A DNA stretch of 64,000 nt, from the NCBI GenBank assembly GCA_048887165.1, contig JBHLJZ010000009.1, forward strand, positions 693 to 64,692. Direction: 5' to 3'. The notes beneath the pieces were generated by a model that saw nothing but the letters and a program-made list of their open reading frames with translations, ran no database searches and was not told the origin of the DNA. Numbering within the stretch: position 1 is the stretch's first letter; every line of letters begins with the position of its first letter. Made by a program: the position numbers and the translations under genes. Below, piece after piece: positions 9,277 through 18,581 of the stretch. Source of the DNA: Candidatus Hodarchaeota archaeon (GTDB lineage: Archaea; Asgardarchaeota; Lokiarchaeia; Sigyniarchaeales; SOKP01).

Positions 9277-9795
9277 TTGTTTAATATGAATAATATAATT
9301 TATATTCATGGTCTTCAAAGTTCAGGGGAAGGCTTTAAAGGCAGACTATTTCAAAGAGAGATCTCTGACATATTGACACCAACCTTTCATGAATTTGATG
9401 CTGATATTAGCATTCAATCTCTACTTAACAAGCGAATGGAACAGCTAATATCAATTTTAGATAAAAAAGGAAAATGGGTAATCATTGGCTCTAGTTTTGG
9501 TGGTTTGATGGGAGTTTTATATACTTTAAGCCACCCAGATAAAATAATTAAATTAATTTTATTAGCACCTTTCTTAAATAATAAATTTCTCAACCCTGAT
9601 AATTTTAAATTCTGTAGTGTTCCAGTAATTGTATATCATGGAAAAAACGATCAAATTATTCCCTATAAACATTCAATTAAAAGAGCAAAAGAATTATTTA
9701 CTAATTTAAAGTATAATTTAGTAGATGATGATCATTTACTTCATAATACAGTACAATCTATAGATTGGAAAAAATTAGTTGAGTGTTTAATCTAA
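9277..9795 (+). CDS. Small alpha/beta-hydrolase (YqiA/UPF0227-like esterase)
   Basis: IYIHGLQSSGEG start, nucleophile elbow GSSFGG, a late Asp (GKNDQIIP) and His (DDDHLL). The start may be the ATG at 9286. Confidence 0.65.
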   Translation: MFNMNNIIYIHGLQSSGEGFKGRLFQREISDILTPTFHEFDADISIQSLLNKRMEQLISILDKKGKWVIIGSSFGGLMGVLYTLSHPDKIIKLILLAPFLNNKFLNPDNFKFCSVPVIVYHGKNDQIIPYKHSIKRAKELFTNLKYNLVDDDHLLHNTVQSIDWKKLVECLI

Positions 9796-9958
9796 AAATT
9801 GGACTCCAAATTTTTTATTATTAATTTGAAATATCATTTTATTAAGTCAAAAGTAAAGTAAGATTTTTGCTATTACATCAAGTTAGTACAAATTTACTTC
9901 TTATCAAGAAAATTAAAAAAATTAAATAAAATCCTTAATATATAAGAGTGAGAGATAT

Positions 9959-11596
9959 ATGGTTAAAAAATTGTATGTATGTCGTGAGTGTTCATATGTC
10001 TTCCCAGAAGAACTATCTGAGCTTATTGAAAATAAAGTTCAGGTATTTTGCGAGATGTGTGGAACTCCTTTTACATTAGCAGGCGTAGAGTTTAAAAGAA
10101 CGTCGGATAAATTTCAAGAAAGACCAGACATGCCTTATCCTAGATATGGGATAACTAAAAAAGAAAAGTCTGGTTTAAGTGAAGCTATAAAGACATTAAA
10201 TAAATTATCATCTATCCCATTAATTATTTTCTCTGGAATAGTATTGGGATTAAGCTTTACTACATATTATAGTAGTATATTAGGCGAAAACTGGATTATT
10301 AATCTTTTTGTTCATTTAATTATTGGTTTTAGTGCAATATTAATAGTTATTTATGATCTAAATTATATCTCACCAAAAATTAGAGAAGAAAAATACGATG
10401 AGATTGCTCTTGATGCGTTCTGTTACGGAATTCTGGGATGTATCATATTTGGCACAGGAGTAATTCTCTTGATTAAAGGAGTGTTAATTTTAATTCATGT
10501 TGCTTTTCATTCTGAAAGACCTGAACATAAGATTTATGATTTTGGAATCAAGTTAAAGAATTCAATAAACAATTTTTCTGCTAAAGCTGGGTTTGTTATA
10601 ATTTTTCTTGTTATTTGGAGTATTCTCATCGGAGAGATCGATATTAATTCTATAGTTGAAGGATTTTACTTTATTCAAGGTATTTTAGCTACTTTGGAAG
10701 ACTGGCTGCAGTTAATAATTATTATTGCTATTGTAGCAATATTTTGTTTATTCCCAGTTATTTTGCTTTTAATTGATCTCAAATGGAAAAAGAAAATCAG
10801 AAAAAAACAAATTTTTACATTTGGTGACGCTCTTCGCGTCTTTATAGTGGGTATTATTTGTTCTACTTTCTTTGGAATAGGTATATTTATTCTCCTAAAA
10901 GGAATCTTAATATTCTTCCTTTTCGTTGGCAAACCAATAGATGCAACGAAAGCAGTAGTTATTGGAGTAGAAAAGGAGGAACAAGAGAAAGAAAAATTCA
11001 TATCTACGTACAAGGTTAGTGAAAAGTCACCTAAAGAGAAAATAGAAGAAAAGGAACTAGAATTTAAAGAACCTGAAACTTTACAAAAAGAGCCGGAGAA
11101 AGCCTATATTGATGAAAAAGTAGAAACAAAAAAACCAGTTTCACCTGAGAAGGTTGAAGAAAAAGTAGAAGAAATTTTTCCTAAAGATGAGATAGTTGAA
11201 AAGAAAATAGAAGAAAAAGATACTAAATTAAGGCTTCATGAATCGCTATTACCCGTAAGGGATGAAAAAGATAAAAAATTAGTTAAAGAATATTTCTCAA
11301 AGATTTTTAATGTTCTCTCCAAAAATATAAGAGAACAGATTTTGGCACTTGAAATTCCCAAAAAAGATAAAAAAGAATTATTAAAAGAGTTAGCATTCCT
11401 AACAGAAGTAGAACAGGCGAAATATATTGAAGCTATTAGTATTCTATATAGAGAAATACCTCAAAAATTAATCCAAAGAATAAGGAAACTTAAAAATGTA
11501 AAACCTCAGTATTATGATAAGATTGTAGAACAATTAAAGTTTATGGATATCGATGAACAAATAGAATTTGTTCGATTTTTAGAAGATAATGCCTAA
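9959..11596 (+). CDS. Zn-ribbon membrane protein with E/K-rich linker and helical C-terminal domain
   Basis: N-terminal CRECS...CEMCG ribbon. About 8 TM helices with a duplicated FG.G..LL.KG.LI hairpin motif. E/K-rich low-complexity stretch. Helical C-terminal ~130 aa. Confidence 0.5.
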   Translation: MVKKLYVCRECSYVFPEELSELIENKVQVFCEMCGTPFTLAGVEFKRTSDKFQERPDMPYPRYGITKKEKSGLSEAIKTLNKLSSIPLIIFSGIVLGLSFTTYYSSILGENWIINLFVHLIIGFSAILIVIYDLNYISPKIREEKYDEIALDAFCYGILGCIIFGTGVILLIKGVLILIHVAFHSERPEHKIYDFGIKLKNSINNFSAKAGFVIIFLVIWSILIGEIDINSIVEGFYFIQGILATLEDWLQLIIIIAIVAIFCLFPVILLLIDLKWKKKIRKKQIFTFGDALRVFIVGIICSTFFGIGIFILLKGILIFFLFVGKPIDATKAVVIGVEKEEQEKEKFISTYKVSEKSPKEKIEEKELEFKEPETLQKEPEKAYIDEKVETKKPVSPEKVEEKVEEIFPKDEIVEKKIEEKDTKLRLHESLLPVRDEKDKKLVKEYFSKIFNVLSKNIREQILALEIPKKDKKELLKELAFLTEVEQAKYIEAISILYREIPQKLIQRIRKLKNVKPQYYDKIVEQLKFMDIDEQIEFVRFLEDNA

Positions 11597-11616
11597 ATTA
11601 ATTTGAAATTTGACTT

Positions 11617-12522
11617 TTGAGTTATAAAATGTCGCTTGAAAAAAGAAGGGAAACCAAAGGAAAAAGAAGCGAAGTTGATTTAGAAGAAAGTTCATTTAGG
11701 CGTATGGATTTCACTCCTTTAGAAGAGAGAAAGAAAGAGAAAAGGATTGAGATTACACCTTTAGTAGAAGATCTTACTGAAATAGAAAAAGATGTATTAG
11801 AGATTGCTAAAGAAGTCTTGAAATTAAAGCGATATGATGCAGAATTCGATGTAGAAGTCGATTCAGAAGCAGAATTACAGAAATATCCAATAATAGAAAA
11901 ATTGTATGCAAAATCTATAGCGAAACTTGCTTATAAAAAAGGATATAGCAAGGAAGACATTTTTCTTGCTATTAGAAGCTTAGAAGAAAAAAATTGGATT
12001 GTTACGAGTGAGAGAAGAACAAAATTAGAAATCTTAAAGAATAAAAAATTAATGAAAATTCTTAAATTTATAGAAAAAAATCCTGGGATTCATGCTCGAG
12101 ATGATAGAATAGAAGTAGAGTTAAATATTACAAGAACTCCATTTCTCAAACATATAATGACTCTAGAGCGCTTTAATCTTATTAGGTCTAGAAAAGTAGG
12201 AAAATCGTTACATTACTTTTTAGCTGAGGTGCCTGAAGATTTCGATAAATATCGAGTGATATTTTCCAATCCTATGATTCCAAAAATAATTGAAGAAATT
12301 TTTAAAGATGAGGAAGTTTCAATTTCTAAAATGGGAGAGACACTTGATGTTTATTCGGGAACAATACAATATCATTTAAAAAAGTTAAAGCAATTAAATT
12401 TATTAAAGAGTTTAAAAAATAAAAATAATCAAAAAATTCATTTAGTTAACATTGAATTATTGAAAAAATATAATAAGTTTTTTGATGAACCTGATTTTAG
12501 TACACTATTAAAAGGACTTTAG
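11617..12522 (+). CDS. Putative transcriptional regulator with two winged-helix (ArsR-like) domains
   Basis: ILKFIEKNPGIHARD...TPFLKHIMTLERFNLIRSRKVGKSLHYFL and ISKMGETLDVYSGTIQYHLKKLKQLNLL. A more likely start is the ATG at 11629. Confidence 0.55.
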   Translation: MSYKMSLEKRRETKGKRSEVDLEESSFRRMDFTPLEERKKEKRIEITPLVEDLTEIEKDVLEIAKEVLKLKRYDAEFDVEVDSEAELQKYPIIEKLYAKSIAKLAYKKGYSKEDIFLAIRSLEEKNWIVTSERRTKLEILKNKKLMKILKFIEKNPGIHARDDRIEVELNITRTPFLKHIMTLERFNLIRSRKVGKSLHYFLAEVPEDFDKYRVIFSNPMIPKIIEEIFKDEEVSISKMGETLDVYSGTIQYHLKKLKQLNLLKSLKNKNNQKIHLVNIELLKKYNKFFDEPDFSTLLKGL

Positions 12523-12555
12523 ATTAATTTTCTGAAAAGTCTTGAAGAATGGTAA

Positions 12556-13428
12556 TTAATTTAAAATATGTTGAATTTTTGGTAAAGAATTTATCACTAT
12601 TTTAATAGCATCATTGATACCTTTTTCCATATTTGGATGAATTTCATTTGAATTTAGAAGATCGTATTGAGGGTCTCCAGGTAAGTCTGATACAGAAAGT
12701 ATTGATGCTGTCTTAAGATTATACAATTTACCGAGTAAAAATAATATTGATGATTCCATATCTATTGCTTCAACATTGATGGACTTTAAGACTCTCACAA
12801 ACTCAAAAGTTTCGCAAAATAAAGCATCAGTAGTCCATAGATTTACTTCTTTTGTCTTAGATAGTGAATTAGCTTCTCTTAATAATAATTCTTTTAAGAT
12901 TTCATTAGGTTTAGAGATAAAAATAGTATGATTTCCTGCGATTACATTTTGAATTGTAGATAAAGGGTTTTTAATTGATTCTAATTGATTTAATAAACTT
13001 GGATTCGATCTAATATATTGAGGACTTGTCCCATCATCGCAATATGCCAGCTTTGGTATTATTATATTCCCTATTTCTATAATATCAATATCATTTGGAA
13101 TCCCTCCACAAAAATCAATTCTTAAAATTATTTTGGCTTTACTCCTTTTTAAACACTCGATTGTTAACGCTGCATTAGGACATCCAATTTGGGAACGTAT
13201 AATACTTACCCTTATTCCATTTAAAAACCCATTATATACTCTACCATGAACAATCTTGTTTTGAAGTTTTTGGACTATCTTTTTCATTACCATTTTTGTA
13301 GCAGGTAAAATCACAATTTCATTAATGTTAGAAGAAGCTGTTTCTAAAATCATTCTTACAATTTTTTCATCAACACTGATAAATTTTAATCCAAAATTTA
13401 GTAACTCGCCTTTAATCTTATTTAACAT
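12556..13428 (-). CDS. Nucleoside phosphorylase family-1 (PNP/UDP) protein
   Basis: QIGCPNAALTIECL, RIDFCGGI and IDMESSILF...ASILSVSD match the PNP_UDP_1 fold motifs. Confidence 0.6.
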   Translation of the reverse strand: MLNKIKGELLNFGLKFISVDEKIVRMILETASSNINEIVILPATKMVMKKIVQKLQNKIVHGRVYNGFLNGIRVSIIRSQIGCPNAALTIECLKRSKAKIILRIDFCGGIPNDIDIIEIGNIIIPKLAYCDDGTSPQYIRSNPSLLNQLESIKNPLSTIQNVIAGNHTIFISKPNEILKELLLREANSLSKTKEVNLWTTDALFCETFEFVRVLKSINVEAIDMESSILFLLGKLYNLKTASILSVSDLPGDPQYDLLNSNEIHPNMEKGINDAIKIVINSLPKIQHILN

Positions 13429-13597
13429 CTTTTATCTGGGTAAATTGTTTATTGTAATTTAATTATATTTTATAAGTACCTTCCTAATTACATTAGTACT
13501 TATATTTCTTAATAATAATTTTTAATATCTTAATAAAATACATTAATCTATAGTTATAAATTAGTAGGATACGTAGGTTATTAGTTGGTACATTGAA

Positions 13598-14887
13598 ATG
13601 AAAAAACAGTTTATCATCGATAATAAAATTACAAATGATTTTGTCGAATCATATACAAAAACAACATATAGAATTATAGGAAATAATAAGCACACTGCCA
13701 TTAAACCTTGTCATTGGCTTGAACAAAGATTAATGACTGGTAGAAATAACCGAAACTGTTATAAGGGGATTTTTGGAGTTCAAAGCCACCGTTGCTTACA
13801 AAATACACCATCTTTACCTTTCTGTAATCAAAAGTGTGTATTTTGTTGGAGAGATATAGAGCTTGGTTCGGTTGGGAGTAATTTCCTTGTTGAACCAGAC
13901 GAACCAAAAGAACTAATTGATGAAATGATTCGACATCAACAAGATATTATCAAAAATCATTTACCACTTAGGAGATACTTAGATAATTATGAAATTATGA
14001 TTGATATTCTTTTTTTTATGCTTATTCAAAATAAACCTTACAATATTAGTTCTCTCTCCGATAATTTGCATATTAGTAGAAATAAAGTTGAGCGAGCTAT
14101 TAATCTGCTAAAGAATCAAGAATTTATAAGACCAATAGAGAATTCAATAAATAATTTTATAGTGGATACGGAGATTTCATGTTGTATAGACTCAAGGGAA
14201 GAAATTGAAAGGTTAATTAAGTTTGAGCTAACTAATCCCGATGACATCATGACTGCTCACGCTGAAGCAATGAATCCAAATCATGCAGCAATATCATTAG
14301 ATGGAGAACCATTATTATATCCAAAGATGAATCAATATATCGAGGAATTTCGAAACCGTAATATGACTACATTCATTGTTACTAATGGAACATTGCCAAA
14401 GAGAATTGAAAACTTAAATCATTTACCTTCGCAGTTATATATTACTCTAAGTGCACCCAATGAACAAATCTATAAAAAAATTTGTCGTCCAATGATTAAA
14501 AATGGATGGACTGAAATAATGAAAAGTTTAGATTTAGTCCAATCACTTTCATGTCGAAGTCTAATAAGACTTACTGCCGTGAAGAATTTGAATTTGAAGG
14601 ATGATTTAATTAAAGATTATGTAAAATTAATTGAAATGGCAAATCCTAACTTCTTTGAAATAAAAGGCTTCACTTTACAAGCAAAAGCCTTATTGGTAAA
14701 GGAACGATTACGTAGCGATGAATCCCTTCAACATTTTTTTCCAGATTATGAATATTTAGAAAACTTTGCCTTGAAGTTCGAAGAAATAGGAAATTTCCCA
14801 TTAATTTATAAAAATAAAGCAAGTAGAGATTTTTTATTTGCCGTTAATTGGGATAAAGAAAAAGATCCGAGAATTGAAAAGCCATAA
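13598..14887 (+). CDS. taw1: tRNA 4-demethylwyosine synthase (Taw1/TYW1, radical SAM) with an internal insertion
   Basis: HRCLQNTPSLPFCNQKCVFCWR radical-SAM cluster motif. NPNHAAISLDGEPLLYP, FIVTNG and QLYITLSAPN. Confidence 0.8.
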   Translation: MKKQFIIDNKITNDFVESYTKTTYRIIGNNKHTAIKPCHWLEQRLMTGRNNRNCYKGIFGVQSHRCLQNTPSLPFCNQKCVFCWRDIELGSVGSNFLVEPDEPKELIDEMIRHQQDIIKNHLPLRRYLDNYEIMIDILFFMLIQNKPYNISSLSDNLHISRNKVERAINLLKNQEFIRPIENSINNFIVDTEISCCIDSREEIERLIKFELTNPDDIMTAHAEAMNPNHAAISLDGEPLLYPKMNQYIEEFRNRNMTTFIVTNGTLPKRIENLNHLPSQLYITLSAPNEQIYKKICRPMIKNGWTEIMKSLDLVQSLSCRSLIRLTAVKNLNLKDDLIKDYVKLIEMANPNFFEIKGFTLQAKALLVKERLRSDESLQHFFPDYEYLENFALKFEEIGNFPLIYKNKASRDFLFAVNWDKEKDPRIEKP

Positions 14888-14969
14888 GAAATACTTAAAA
14901 TAAACTAAACCTGTTATTTTGCTTATTTAGATAAAATTCATAAAGTTAATGTTATTTTTTTTAATAATT

Positions 14970-15578
14970 ATGTATATTGCTTGCTTAGATTTAGAAGGAG
15001 TGTTCACCCCTGAAATATGGATTTCAGTAGCAGAAGCTACAGGTATCGAAGAACTCAAATTAACTACTAGAGATGAACCAGATTATGATAAACTAATGAA
15101 AAGAAGGTTGAATATCCTTAAAAGTCATGAAATTACTCTATATGATATTCAAAGAGTGATTTCGAATATGGATCTTCTACCAGGTGCTAAAGATTTTATG
15201 GAATGGCTTCATTCAATAATGGAAGTAATAATAGTAAGTGGAACTTATATCGAATTTGCCAAACCTTTAATGAAGAAATTAGGTTTTGCTACTCTTTTTT
15301 GCCATAGCTTAAAAGTAAGTGGAAATGGTATGATTGATAGTTATATCTTAAGAATAAAAGATATGAAAAAAAATACAGTAGAAAAACTTAAAGATTTAAA
15401 TTATAAGGTGCTTTCTATTGGTGATTCTTATAATGACATAGCAATGTTGAAGGAAGCAGATTTTGGAATATTATTTCGACCTCCCCCTAACGTTATAGAA
15501 GAATATCCTAAATTTCCAATAGCGTATGAATACTCTGACTTGAAAAGAATAATTTGTGATTATTTAGGAGTATCTTGA
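14970..15578 (+). CDS. thrH: ThrH-type HAD phosphoserine phosphatase / homoserine phosphotransferase
   Basis: MYIACLDLEGVFTPEIWI..., TTRDEPDYDKLMKRRL and GDSYNDIAMLKEADFGILFRPP are collinear with Pseudomonas ThrH as I recall it. The track ORF starts at 14949, but the conserved N-terminus begins at the ATG at 14970. Confidence 0.75.
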   Translation: MYIACLDLEGVFTPEIWISVAEATGIEELKLTTRDEPDYDKLMKRRLNILKSHEITLYDIQRVISNMDLLPGAKDFMEWLHSIMEVIIVSGTYIEFAKPLMKKLGFATLFCHSLKVSGNGMIDSYILRIKDMKKNTVEKLKDLNYKVLSIGDSYNDIAMLKEADFGILFRPPPNVIEEYPKFPIAYEYSDLKRIICDYLGVS

Positions 15579-15595
15579 TCTATTTTTTCAACCAT

Positions 15596-15618
15596 GTTTG
15601 AAACTAAAAGTTTCAAAC
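15596..15618. terminator. Perfect 9-bp hairpin downstream of thrH, next to a T-run
   Basis: GTTTGAAAC-TAAAA-GTTTCAAAC, 18 nt after the thrH stop. Preceded by TTTTTT at 15583-15588. Confidence 0.3.
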
Positions 15619-15721
15619 CCCTCTATTTCTGCCTTGTTACGTAATCTTGATTAAATTTATGATGAGGAAGAGAAAAATTGTCTGAAGAAAGAATTATAAC
15701 TAAAAAAATCAAATATAATAT

Positions 15722-17752
15722 ATGGCCATCAAACCGGTGAATAGAAGGAGACAGCTTTATAAGAGCATAGCATTATCATCTGTCATAATAAGTATAATTA
15801 ATATTGGAATAATAGGATATTTTGGTAGTTTTATATGGTTTGGGCCAAGATGTACAACCTGCTTTTTTCACTTTAATATAGATTATCGCTTAGGAGTAGC
15901 AGAAGTAGAAGATAGAATTATAAGAGAACCTTATTACAAATTATTAAGATTGTACGATAAGCACCCGAACTGGGGTTTTACTGTTGAATGTCAAGCAGAA
16001 ATGATTTTAAGAATTTTTAATAATTCTGAGTATGAAGAAATTAAAAACCTTACGATAAAATTATTAAATCGAAAACAATTGGAACTTTTATGTGCTTTAC
16101 AATATAGCCAATTGTTTTATGTTTATCCTGCTGACGTTTTTGAATTAAATCTAAAATATGCGAATCAAACGCTACAGAATCTCGGGTTACTTGAGCAAAG
16201 AAGTAATTGCATCTTATTTCAAGAGGGTCAATTTGCTTATGGGTTAGCCACTTTGTTAGATAGTCCTTATACGGGTAATATTGATACTGTTTTAGTTTCT
16301 GCGCAACAAATAAAGGGATTCAGATACCCCGGTTATAATAAGAAAGATTATCCAGTATTTCGACTTAATAACATAGAAACAGGAAAATCAATAAAAGTGT
16401 TACAATATGACTATTTTCCTAAATGGGAGGCAGGTTATTTTCATTCTTGGATTTATTTATATGATGGTGAATTAGCTTTTGAAGATGAGGATGCTGAATT
16501 AGAATTCATAGTATCAGAAAAGAAATTACGAGCTTATGAAGAAGAGCTTATGCTACTTGAACAAGAGGGAAATAAATTCTTCACTTGTTCCGAGTGGGTT
16601 GCCAATTGTGAAAATCGGAATGCGATTGGAATATTGGATTATTACATACCTGAATGTAATTGGGCAAATGCTGAATATAATTCAAGTTTTACTTGGGCTG
16701 CGAAAAATTCTGATTCTACAGATGATGGCGAGATGTTAGCTAATAATTTTCGTTGCAGACAAATAATTTTTGCGACAAGAATCATTTATAAAAAATATGA
16801 AAGCCTTCTACCGGTCGAAAATCGAACTTTAATCGAGAAAAAATTTGAATCAGCTGAAAAGTTGTGGCTCCAAGCTACCTGTTCCGATTCTACTGGTGTA
16901 GGCCCTGATCCTATAGAAAGAATCACAGCTGAACAAAATGTATTGAAAGCTCAAAAAAATTGTTCTCAAATACTCCAAATAATTGCTGATAACATTGAAG
17001 AGGTAAATGTTTCTCGAATTCAAGTAGATTTATTAACTGAAATGTTTTTAAATAAAACGAATGATTTTATTTCCCTTACTAAAATTGTTAATAATGATTT
17101 AAGTCTTTCAAATTTGCCTGTTAATGTTATTTTGACATCAGAAGTTGATAGTAATTACAATTTAGAACCAAATGTATCTGTAAGTTCAATAATATATAAT
17201 TCATCGGATAATTCTATTAATAGTGAAGTGTTAAATTTATTTCAATTAGACCTTATATTTAAAGGAACACACGATTGGGCAAATGACTCAATTAGAGAAA
17301 TAGGTATTCAATTTAAATTCCCAAACCACGCTAGAAATTTTCAGAATATTGTCTATTCTCCTTCACTACTAGAAAATGAAACAAAAAGTGTCGATCGAGC
17401 GGACTATATGCATCATCCCCTGTACTTATTTTTACCATTAAGTAATGGATTATTATTTATTCCCAATGAATCATCAAGCAAGACAGGAACTATGATTGTA
17501 AAAAATGTAACAAGAAGACACACCAGCTGGCTCTGGGAAGATAATTATGTTAAAGTTATAGAAACAGAAGGGATACATTTGGATGCTTATCATCAATTTT
17601 TTATTATGGAGAATATATCTCTTGACCAAGCATTAAGGTTTGCAAATAGAATCAACCTATTTCCTCCATGGATTATAAGTAAAAATGTGACCCTTATCCA
17701 AGGTAATGAAGTTTATAAGATATATGAACAAATGGAAAATAAATCACCTTAA
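15722..17752 (+). CDS. Membrane-anchored, probably extracellular protein; possible GH57/GH38-like glycoside-hydrolase fold (uncertain)
   Basis: N-terminal TM anchor. FHFNIDYRLG...ECQAEMILRI...FQEGQFAYG loosely resembles the N-terminal barrel of GH57-type enzymes. Many N-x-S/T sequons. Confidence 0.3.
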   Translation: MAIKPVNRRRQLYKSIALSSVIISIINIGIIGYFGSFIWFGPRCTTCFFHFNIDYRLGVAEVEDRIIREPYYKLLRLYDKHPNWGFTVECQAEMILRIFNNSEYEEIKNLTIKLLNRKQLELLCALQYSQLFYVYPADVFELNLKYANQTLQNLGLLEQRSNCILFQEGQFAYGLATLLDSPYTGNIDTVLVSAQQIKGFRYPGYNKKDYPVFRLNNIETGKSIKVLQYDYFPKWEAGYFHSWIYLYDGELAFEDEDAELEFIVSEKKLRAYEEELMLLEQEGNKFFTCSEWVANCENRNAIGILDYYIPECNWANAEYNSSFTWAAKNSDSTDDGEMLANNFRCRQIIFATRIIYKKYESLLPVENRTLIEKKFESAEKLWLQATCSDSTGVGPDPIERITAEQNVLKAQKNCSQILQIIADNIEEVNVSRIQVDLLTEMFLNKTNDFISLTKIVNNDLSLSNLPVNVILTSEVDSNYNLEPNVSVSSIIYNSSDNSINSEVLNLFQLDLIFKGTHDWANDSIREIGIQFKFPNHARNFQNIVYSPSLLENETKSVDRADYMHHPLYLFLPLSNGLLFIPNESSSKTGTMIVKNVTRRHTSWLWEDNYVKVIETEGIHLDAYHQFFIMENISLDQALRFANRINLFPPWIISKNVTLIQGNEVYKIYEQMENKSP

Positions 17753-17786
17753 ATTTAAAATGAATTTTAATATTGAGGTTAAATAA

Positions 17787-18572
17787 ATGCTAAATAAAGC
17801 TAAGAATTTTCAAGAAAAAACAAATTTTATTTTATTTTTAGGTACTGGTTTATATCAAATAAGCATAGGTCTTATCGCAAATTTATTAGTAAGTATACTT
17901 CTTGGATCTTCGATTATTATATTTTATCCCATTATTAATCCATTAATTTTAAAAATTTTCGTCTACATTGGTTGGGGATTAATAATTATCGGGATTATTA
18001 CAACTATTTTTCCATTATTAAAAAGTGCAATGACAAAGAAAAAAATTCTTTTTAAATTATTTTTCATAATTCTTAAAATTAGTGCATTATTGACGTTGAT
18101 ATTGATTCCAATCGGGATTTTTCTAGGAATTGGATTACGGTCGGAATTAAAAGTAATTAAAATCAATGAAGCTGAGCAAAAAAGAAGAAGAGAGAAAAAA
18201 ATTGCTCCTATTTATTATTTTTTAATTTTTTTAACAGGATTTACTCATTTAATTCTGGGTATAATTTTGTTATTTTTACTTATACCTTTTATTTCAAATG
18301 AAATTGATTTTGTGTTTCCTTATATAACATACGGTTTACTTTCAATATTTCGTTTTATTGGCTGGATTTGCTTTATTCCAGGTGCTATATTGATTTTTTG
18401 TTCAATATGGTCAAAAAGACTAAGTAATTTTAAGGAAACTGCTAATAATGGTTACTTTATAAGAACCTTAAGAGTTCTATTATTAAGTGCATCAACTTTA
18501 TTAATGATAATATTTCCAATAGGTACATTTTTTGGTTTAATTCTAATTCAAGAATTTTACCATTCTAGATAA
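17787..18572 (+). CDS. Polytopic membrane protein, unknown function
   Basis: Eight or so hydrophobic helices with a repeated PIG.F.G motif. 34 nt downstream of the previous gene on the same strand. Confidence 0.5.
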   Translation: MLNKAKNFQEKTNFILFLGTGLYQISIGLIANLLVSILLGSSIIIFYPIINPLILKIFVYIGWGLIIIGIITTIFPLLKSAMTKKKILFKLFFIILKISALLTLILIPIGIFLGIGLRSELKVIKINEAEQKRRREKKIAPIYYFLIFLTGFTHLILGIILLFLLIPFISNEIDFVFPYITYGLLSIFRFIGWICFIPGAILIFCSIWSKRLSNFKETANNGYFIRTLRVLLLSASTLLMIIFPIGTFFGLILIQEFYHSR

Positions 18573-18581
18573 AATAATAAT

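Noticed and set aside
10960-11250. An apparent tandem repeat in the E/K-rich part of the 9959..11596 gene
   Set aside because: It is low-complexity EK(P/V) composition without a fixed repeat unit at the nucleotide level, so it is neither a true tandem repeat nor a CRISPR-like array.
15659-15685. C/D-box sRNA-like elements (ATGATGA ... CTGA) in the thrH downstream intergenic region
   Set aside because: The boxes are only 16 nt apart. I saw no C'/D' pair, terminal stem or plausible rRNA-complementary guide, so this is probably chance in A/G-rich spacer.
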